Of a DNA stretch of 10,730 bases, positions 4,923-10,730 are shown in pieces. The stretch comes from a virus: the UHGV virus genome UHGV-0119078, one strand, 5' to 3'. Numbering within the stretch: position 1 is the first letter of the stretch; each line of letters opens with the position of its first letter. A program made the translations under genes and the position numbers. The notes beneath the pieces were generated by a model. That model was not told the origin of the DNA and did no database searches. It worked only from the letters and a program-made list of their open reading frames with translations.

Positions 4923-5633
4923 ATGACAAACGATATTTACATTAACGGTAAAAAGATTGATAGCTTCGGTGACTGGTCGCCACAGACTGAACATCCAGCT
5001 ATCACTATTCAGCGTAAAGAACACGATGAAAGAATTAAGCTTGAGCAATCGTTAAAGATGTCACCAAAGGTAATTTCCTTTGTGTCTCCTGAGCCTCAAG
5101 AAATGCCAGATATCTGCAAAAGTGAAGCACTATTTAATCTTGAGCGTGAATACTACCCACAGTTAAAAGAACAGCGTATTCGACTTGATGACGCTTACAG
5201 CAAAGTTACCCTGATGCAATCAGCTATTGAGCCATCAGAATTTGAGATTCAGGATGAATTGTCACAGAAACCATTTGTCTATTACCAATATGAAGACAAT
5301 GATGGTTTTGGTACTTTTCCTGAGAATATCCCAGACGTGATTAATAATCTTTCTGACGGATATCGAATTGTGAAGATGATTGGAGCTTCAAGAGGTGCTG
5401 GTCAGTTTATTTACATGACCAATAAGAGCGATGAAGAACTCCGTGAAATTGCCAGACAGAACATCTTAGCATCACGTAACAAGCAACTTGAAAATGTTAA
5501 GTTGTGTCTCTTAAGAGAGCTTCAGGCTATGAAAGACCTTATTTCTGCATATGAAACGCAGAAGAAGGTTGCTATGCAGGCTGATATTGAGCAGTTAGTG
5601 AAGATTTCTCAGAAATACGCAAAGGCACTTTGA
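4923..5633 (+). CDS. Hypothetical protein (236 aa) with predicted C-terminal coiled coil
   Basis: Intact ORF with AGAGGAA SD-like sequence; no family recognised by inspection. Confidence 0.65.
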   Translation: MTNDIYINGKKIDSFGDWSPQTEHPAITIQRKEHDERIKLEQSLKMSPKVISFVSPEPQEMPDICKSEALFNLEREYYPQLKEQRIRLDDAYSKVTLMQSAIEPSEFEIQDELSQKPFVYYQYEDNDGFGTFPENIPDVINNLSDGYRIVKMIGASRGAGQFIYMTNKSDEELREIARQNILASRNKQLENVKLCLLRELQAMKDLISAYETQKKVAMQADIEQLVKISQKYAKAL

Positions 5634-5658
5634 CTATGAATTAAAAAGGAGGTGATGA

Positions 5659-5862
5659 ATGTTTGATTTAACGGAACGCTATGAACTTATTAAAGCAATT
5701 AGCGAGAGATTGAAAGAACAACCCAACAAACCAAAACGAATCAAATCATCCACCTCTAGGCAAAATAGCAGAATCAGAAGAATCGCTAAATGGTGTCTTG
5801 ATAAATTACCAAGTGATTGTCAGATTGTCGGTGAAGATGGTAATTATTATCTGATTAGATAA
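5659..5862 (+). CDS. Hypothetical small basic protein (67 aa)
   Basis: Strong SD AAAGGAGGTG 7 nt upstream of the ATG; lysine/arginine-rich central segment (KPKRIKSSTSRQNSRIRRIAKW), suggesting nucleic-acid binding. Confidence 0.55.
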   Translation: MFDLTERYELIKAISERLKEQPNKPKRIKSSTSRQNSRIRRIAKWCLDKLPSDCQIVGEDGNYYLIR

Positions 5863-5909
5863 AGAATTGGTTGGGTGTATGAGATAGGTTCTATCGAATC
5901 TATAACACG

Positions 5910-5951
5910 GGGAGAGATTATCGATATTATTCGGTAGTTTCTCCCTTTTTT
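5910..5951 (+). terminator. Possible intrinsic terminator/attenuator between the 67-aa gene and the tape-measure-like gene
   Basis: GGGAGA (5910..5915) pairs with TCTCCC (5940..5945) around a 24-nt loop containing the palindrome TATCGATA, followed by T6 (5946..5951). The long loop makes this weaker than a canonical terminator. Confidence 0.3.
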
Positions 5952-5980
5952 GTATATGAAACTTAAGAGGTGAAATATGA

Positions 5981-8107
5981 ATGAGCAAATTCACAGTTGA
6001 TAGTTTTATCGTTGAGTTAGGCTTCAGCGAGAACGTTATTAAGGGCTTGCAAAGAGTTGAAAAAGCAGCTTTGCAGTCAGCACAAAGAATTGAAAAGAAC
6101 CTAAATAAAGGCTTCAAGATTAATACAAAGCAACTTGACAGTAATCTGACAAGTTCTTTGAAGTCAATGGAAGGGAAAATTAATAAGACCTTTGACCGTC
6201 TGGAAGCTAGAGCAAGAAATACTAGAGTTTTCCGTTTCACAAGTCAGGTTAATGACGTTATTAATCCGCCAAAACAACCGAGGCCAAGAAGAGTTACTAG
6301 TGACCGAGCTATTACAGCGGCTTATTCAGCGAATATGACTAAGCTGAAAGGTCTTAACCCAATTGTCGAGAAATACATTAAGAGTCAGTTTTACGCATTA
6401 AGTAGTAAAGCTGGTCAGATGGATAACACCAAGTTTAATGAAGCCCTTGCTAAACTAAATTCAAGTGTACGAGAAGCAATTGCTAAAGCCAGAGGTCATA
6501 CATCCACCAGCATTAACGGTGACAGAGCAGCTAATAGTCTTGATAGTTTGAGTTCAGCAGCAGTTAAAACAGCAGGTGCATTTATCAGCTTTCAGGCTGT
6601 ACTATCCGCTTATCAGAAGATTATGGAAGTTGGCCTTCAACGTGCATCATCGGAAAGAAGTATTGATTTCGTATTCGGTGACCAAAGTACACAGGTCAAA
6701 AAGTTCATTCAAGATTTAACTCAAATTACTGGTATGGACACAACCGAAACACAAGCACAGTTTGCTTCATTTGGTGCATCTGCAAAAAATACGATGGGTC
6801 TTGAAGGCTCAGAGGAATTATTTAAAAACTTAACTGGATATGCCCGTTTAATGGGTCGTTCAGATGAGCAGATTCAAAGAGCATTAACCGCAGTATCGCA
6901 GATGGCTTCTAAGGGTCAGGTGATGGCTGAAGAGCTTAAGGGGCAACTATCTGAAGCTTTACCGGGTGCTACTCAGGCATTTGCAAAGGCTTTAGGTCTG
7001 ACTGAAAAACAGCTTTTCGATAAGATGAAAAATGGTGATGTTAAAGCCTCTGATGCACTCCCTAAGTTTGCTAAAGAACTTGGTTCACAGATTAATTCCA
7101 GAGGTGGCTGGAAAGCTATTCAGGACTCTACGCAGACGATGTTAGGGAACTTAAAGAATACTTGGAACAACTCACTAACGGATATCTTCAGAGGTTCTGA
7201 AAATGGTCTTCAAGATTTCACAAGAAGCTTAACCAATCTTTTAAATAGTCTTGGTGGGAGTGGTAAAACATTAGGTGAAAGTCTTGGTAATCTCATGACT
7301 TCTATGTCACACGGTGTCGATAACCTGACTGATATTAGTTACAGGGTAAGGGCGTTCTTTGACGAGGTGACATTGGCTTATCGTTCACTAAATGACACTC
7401 AGAAAAAAATTGTTGATGGCCTATCTGATGGGTTAATTGATGGTTTGAAGATGCTTGCTGTAGCTGTTACTGCTCAAAAGGCTGCAAATGTAGCTGGAGG
7501 CTTGTTAAACCTTGCAAATGCTGTTACTTCATTCGGTGACGCTGTTAATAAAGCTAAAGCTGGCAAGGCTGGTTCTTCAGGTGGTGCGCTAAATAAAGTT
7601 GGTAGAGTTGTTCTTTATGCTGAGTTGGTGAACTTTGCTCTTGATAATTTAAACCCTGAAGCGGCTAAGAATCCGAACTTACACCAATCAGGTATTGGAA
7701 CAGAGACAAACTTCAACCCTGAATACAAAGGCGATTCATCTAAACCAAACCAAATTAATGATGGATGGGCTAAGATTGGTGGTTCTATCGCTGACTGGTT
7801 TAATGGTGCAGCTAATAAAATTGCTAACTTCCAAGAACCGATGAATAACTTCGTAAATAACACACAATCAACTCCACCAGCTATCGACACGGTTAATAGC
7901 AATGCTCAATTAGCTATGGCTGTATCAGAGTTAGGAAGAAAGGTAGACGCTTTAACAGCAGAAACTAAGAAGCCCTTGTCACTTAATATCAAAGGTGAAG
8001 CAATTGTTAGGCCGGATGAACCATCTTTCTTTATTTTCAATCAATCGGCTAATGACCAGTTCACGCAGGATATGCTCTTAAGTTCAAGCTATCCAGAAGA
8101 AGAATGA
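5981..8107 (+). CDS. Tape-measure-protein-like protein (708 aa)
   Basis: Central block GQVMAEELKGQLSEALPGATQAFAKALGLTEKQLFDKMKNGDVKASDALPKFAKELG resembles the conserved core of phage tail tape measure proteins (recalled from memory, not searched); alpha-helical, Ala/Gly/Ser/Asn-rich, low-complexity C-terminal part; AAGAGGTGA SD. Coding confidence is high; the functional call is moderate. Confidence 0.55.
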   Translation: MSKFTVDSFIVELGFSENVIKGLQRVEKAALQSAQRIEKNLNKGFKINTKQLDSNLTSSLKSMEGKINKTFDRLEARARNTRVFRFTSQVNDVINPPKQPRPRRVTSDRAITAAYSANMTKLKGLNPIVEKYIKSQFYALSSKAGQMDNTKFNEALAKLNSSVREAIAKARGHTSTSINGDRAANSLDSLSSAAVKTAGAFISFQAVLSAYQKIMEVGLQRASSERSIDFVFGDQSTQVKKFIQDLTQITGMDTTETQAQFASFGASAKNTMGLEGSEELFKNLTGYARLMGRSDEQIQRALTAVSQMASKGQVMAEELKGQLSEALPGATQAFAKALGLTEKQLFDKMKNGDVKASDALPKFAKELGSQINSRGGWKAIQDSTQTMLGNLKNTWNNSLTDIFRGSENGLQDFTRSLTNLLNSLGGSGKTLGESLGNLMTSMSHGVDNLTDISYRVRAFFDEVTLAYRSLNDTQKKIVDGLSDGLIDGLKMLAVAVTAQKAANVAGGLLNLANAVTSFGDAVNKAKAGKAGSSGGALNKVGRVVLYAELVNFALDNLNPEAAKNPNLHQSGIGTETNFNPEYKGDSSKPNQINDGWAKIGGSIADWFNGAANKIANFQEPMNNFVNNTQSTPPAIDTVNSNAQLAMAVSELGRKVDALTAETKKPLSLNIKGEAIVRPDEPSFFIFNQSANDQFTQDMLLSSSYPEEE

Positions 8108-8263
8108 TTTAACGGTGTTCTACGTGAATAAAGCAAAGTTAATACCCGCACTGAAAAATAATTTTTACGTAGCTCACGCTTAACAGAGAAAATACTTATA
8201 TATCAAAGGCTTGGTTAAAAATGATTAAAATACACTAAGCCTTTGAAATCAAAGGAGAATTTA

Positions 8264-9034
8264 ATGATTTTTAGCAATCAAATCCGCTACAGTGGCAAAG
8301 ATGGCGTTTACTTCCACTTAAGAGATAATGTAGATGCCTTCTTAACCTTATCAGCAACTGAACAGATGGAATATGACAGCCCTATGATGGTGACAACTCA
8401 GGCTATGCAATCGGGGCAAACTATAACTGATAATGTTCAGAGAGCACCTAAGACCATCTCTATTAGCGGTGTTGTAGTGGTTGATTCGACGGGTTCAGTT
8501 CTATTAACCAGACAGGGGCAACTTGTAGAAACCTTTATTTCTACGGTTGAACAATGGCGAGACCAGAAGCAAATCATCACTATTGTTTGTAAAGATGGAA
8601 TATCTATCACTGATAGTATCATTACTCAGTTTAAAGCGAGTAAAGAGCATACCATTGCTAATGGTCTTCGTATTCAGATGACCTTCCAAGGTGTAGAATT
8701 TCGTTCAATCGTAGGTCAAACTGATATTTCAGCAGCAACTGGAAAGACCGCTACCACGAATGATGGCGGTTCTACCAGTAAAAAGAACACTGGCAACACT
8801 ACAACGAGTCTTGGAAGCCCTATGCTGACCTGTAAAGAGCTTTTTAGCTATTCGGCAAGTGAGTTATCAGATGAAGCGCTAAAAGCCCGTGTAACGTGCT
8901 CTAAGAGCGTTAGCGTTAAAAATGGTGAGAGCACCTTCACAGCCTCAGCTAATGAGCAAGCTTCAAAGGTGCTTAAGTCGGGTAATGCTTTACGGAAGTT
9001 TTCTGTAAATCCGAACAAGAAGGGCACTTATTGA
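8264..9034 (+). CDS. Hypothetical protein (257 aa from ATG 8264), possibly tail-associated given its position after the tape-measure-like gene
   Basis: AAAGGAG SD 6 nt upstream of ATG 8264 (the ORF-track TTG start at 8243 has no RBS); Ser/Thr/Gly-rich central linker. No family recognised. Confidence 0.55.
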   Translation: MIFSNQIRYSGKDGVYFHLRDNVDAFLTLSATEQMEYDSPMMVTTQAMQSGQTITDNVQRAPKTISISGVVVVDSTGSVLLTRQGQLVETFISTVEQWRDQKQIITIVCKDGISITDSIITQFKASKEHTIANGLRIQMTFQGVEFRSIVGQTDISAATGKTATTNDGGSTSKKNTGNTTTSLGSPMLTCKELFSYSASELSDEALKARVTCSKSVSVKNGESTFTASANEQASKVLKSGNALRKFSVNPNKKGTY

Positions 9035-9038
9035 GACA

Positions 9039-9061
9039 TAAAAAGGGGCTTCATAGCCCCT
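9039..9061. terminator. Intrinsic terminator between convergent genes (strong for the minus-strand integrase gene)
   Basis: Perfect 7-bp stem AGGGGCT / AGCCCCT with loop TCAT (9044..9061); plus-strand A5 (9039..9043) gives a U-tract on the minus strand immediately after the integrase stop codon. Confidence 0.6.
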
Positions 9062-9066
9062 GAAAA

Positions 9067-10587
9067 TTACAGTTGATAAGCGTCTATTTCTAGTAGCTCT
9101 TTTTCAGCAATTTCAAATATTGATGTTCCATCATTTAGCGGTAACGGGTTTGTAGGTATGGTGATTTCAGTGTCGTTCTGTAGCGTTACAATTACCGAAT
9201 CCTTACCCAATGTAAGCCCTTTTAGATGTTTGGACAAAATCAACTGACACTCGACACGACCCGCTTTAGTTGTCAGGTCAATATCTTTAAGCTGGGGTAG
9301 TTCCTTATCAGTGAGTGAAGCCTTACGCCTCATGTTATCAATCGTGGTCTGTAGCTCTGTACGCCTCTGGTTCAGTTCCTTAATCTGAATTTTTAGTTCA
9401 TCAATATCATCCATCTCAAGAAGTAGGGCGGTAGCTTTCTTGATTCTGGTTGTGACAATTTCAACCTCATGCTGTAGAGATGCAATCTTCCCCTCTGCTT
9501 CTCCATCATTCCCCACGTCAATCATTCCTAGAAAATTTTCAAGCATCCACTTATCAAACGGTTTACGCTTCAACGGAGGAACATCACAGCGACCATCAAG
9601 ATGGTTATTGCACCGATAAACGCCCTGATACTTATTCTTAGTCCCTGTAGGGTGAACACTAGCCCCGCACTGACACCTAAACAGACCTTTGAAGATGTTA
9701 ATCGTTAATGGATTATCACTTGCAGGTGTACGGCCTATACGGTTCTTACCAAGAATCTCTTGAGCTTTATTGAACGTTGAAGCATCTATAGCGGCTTCGT
9801 AGTAGTTCGGTATAGCGGGGCGGTCATTACGTTGTGATGCTGGTAACGTGCCTATCGTTGTCTCTGACCTTAAGATGGTGCGTACAGAGTGAACACTAAA
9901 CCCGTTAGCATCTTTACGGCGACTAAACGACTTTATACCGTTGCTTTGAAGGTGACGGGCGATGTTATGCAGACTTTCACCACTTAGCAGCAGCTTGAAA
10001 ATCAGTCTTACAGTCTCAGCGTGTTCATTGAGTTTAAAAGTATCGGGGTCAATCCATCCGGGAACCATCTTTGTTAAACGTTGTTCACCAGCAAGGGCAA
10101 GTTTTGCACGTTGCTCCCATTTCTGAGAAACACGGAAAGACTTCTGCTTAGATTCCTGATGCGCTATGTAGGCTTTGACACGCTGGATGATTGAGATTCC
10201 TAAATCATCGGCTAAAGCATCCTTTGTGTAGATAAGACCATCTTGTAGCGTGTGAATCTCTAACCCGTTGCCTAAGATGCGATTCATCAAGGCTTCTGTT
10301 TCAAGGTGTTCTAAGCGGCCTATACGGTCGATACTCTCAACAAGCAAAATCGTACCTTCTGGAAACTCCCCAGACTCAATACGGGCTAACATGTCACCAA
10401 ACTGACCAGTAAGATGCTTACCTTTGTAACCGGATAGACCTTCATCACTGAAAGACGCTACTACTTGAGCATCGCTATTCTTCTTCAGCCACTGCTTGAA
10501 CAGGTCGTTTTGTCGTCTGGTTGAATCTGCACCTTCAGCGCCTTGTATGGCTGATGAGAATCTCAAGTATGTTATTACGGTTCTCAC
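9067..10587 (-). CDS. Large serine recombinase (phage-type serine integrase)
   Basis: 506-aa ORF; N-terminal resolvase-type catalytic domain (YLRFSSAIQ, LLVESIDRIGR), extended recombinase domain, Cys-rich zinc-ribbon-like motif (CQCGASVHP ... YRCNNHLDGRCD) and C-terminal coiled coil (KIQIKELNQRRTELQTTIDNMRRK); start codon appears to be GTG (plus-strand CAC at 10585..10587) with GGAG upstream. Confidence 0.85.
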   Translation of the reverse strand: MRTVITYLRFSSAIQGAEGADSTRRQNDLFKQWLKKNSDAQVVASFSDEGLSGYKGKHLTGQFGDMLARIESGEFPEGTILLVESIDRIGRLEHLETEALMNRILGNGLEIHTLQDGLIYTKDALADDLGISIIQRVKAYIAHQESKQKSFRVSQKWEQRAKLALAGEQRLTKMVPGWIDPDTFKLNEHAETVRLIFKLLLSGESLHNIARHLQSNGIKSFSRRKDANGFSVHSVRTILRSETTIGTLPASQRNDRPAIPNYYEAAIDASTFNKAQEILGKNRIGRTPASDNPLTINIFKGLFRCQCGASVHPTGTKNKYQGVYRCNNHLDGRCDVPPLKRKPFDKWMLENFLGMIDVGNDGEAEGKIASLQHEVEIVTTRIKKATALLLEMDDIDELKIQIKELNQRRTELQTTIDNMRRKASLTDKELPQLKDIDLTTKAGRVECQLILSKHLKGLTLGKDSVIVTLQNDTEITIPTNPLPLNDGTSIFEIAEKELLEIDAYQL

Positions 10588-10675
10588 GGTGATAAACTCC
10601 CATGCAATTGATTATCATTTAAAGATGAACTTATAAACGTTATGGCTAATGCTACAATGCCGAATAGCTACAATA

Positions 10676-10688
10676 CAATGACCCTTGA
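10676..10688. repeat. Right copy of 13-bp perfect direct repeat CAATGACCCTTGA (candidate attR core)
   Basis: Identical to 43..55; lies about 90 bp outside the integrase start. Confidence 0.45.
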
Positions 10689-10730
10689 TTTACCTCGCCG
10701 CTTCCCCTGGCCGACGTTACTTTCGGTCTG

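Larger units (their letters stand above)
43..10688. mobile_element. Putative integrative element (prophage remnant, satellite-like or genomic island) delimited by 13-bp direct repeats with a terminal large serine integrase
   Basis: Direct repeats at both ends, integrase gene adjacent to the right repeat, internal phage-like gene (tape-measure-like) and second recombinase; right flank (10689..10730) is more GC-rich than the element. Boundaries are inferred, not proven. Confidence 0.4.

Noticed and set aside
5806-6240. 144-aa minus-strand ORF
   Set aside because: Overlaps the 3-prime end of the 67-aa gene and the start of the tape-measure-like gene on the opposite strand; hydrophobic low-complexity translation typical of antisense ORFs.
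8243-8263. TTG start at 8243 for the 263-aa ORF
   Set aside because: An ATG at 8264 is preceded by a strong AAAGGAG SD at optimal spacing, whereas the TTG has none; the ATG is preferred.
7615-8689. Three minus-strand ORFs (7615..7902, 8437..8622, 8504..8689)
   Set aside because: All are antisense within the tape-measure-like gene or the 263-aa gene, without RBS; spurious.
1-10730. tRNA, tmRNA or rRNA genes (common integration targets)
   Set aside because: No T-arm-like GGTTCGAATCC motif or cloverleaf-compatible segment was found by eye in either strand, including at the element ends; a tRNAscan-type search would be needed for certainty.

Overview
This 10.7-kb window appears to be a compact, repeat-rich integrative element (about 43..10688), called from sequence reading only with no database search. 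It is bounded by a perfect 13-bp direct repeat (CAATGACCCTTGA) and carries a large serine recombinase (integrase) at the right end (9067..10587, minus strand). At the left end is a small resolvase/invertase-family serine recombinase (514..1089, minus strand) flanked by iterated TATAGC-type motifs. A roughly 1.5 to 1.9-kb ORF-free region follows, dense in hairpins and repeat families, which is a candidate structured RNA or origin-like region. A 2.9-kb segment is bracketed by about 97-bp imperfect inverted repeats (1545..1641 and 4417..4513) and contains a sigma70-like promoter and a tightly coupled four-gene operon (3106..4417) that includes a degenerate HNH-like protein. A second, similar promoter precedes a rightward operon (4923..9034) encoding two unknown proteins, a tape-measure-like 708-aa protein and a 263-aa protein. 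No tRNA, rRNA or CRISPR array was found. Strong AGGAGG-type ribosome-binding sites and about 38-40% GC suggest a low-GC host, but that is inference. The most interesting candidates are the inverted-repeat-bracketed segment next to the small serine recombinase (possible invertible switch or nested non-autonomous element) and the long ORF-free structured region.
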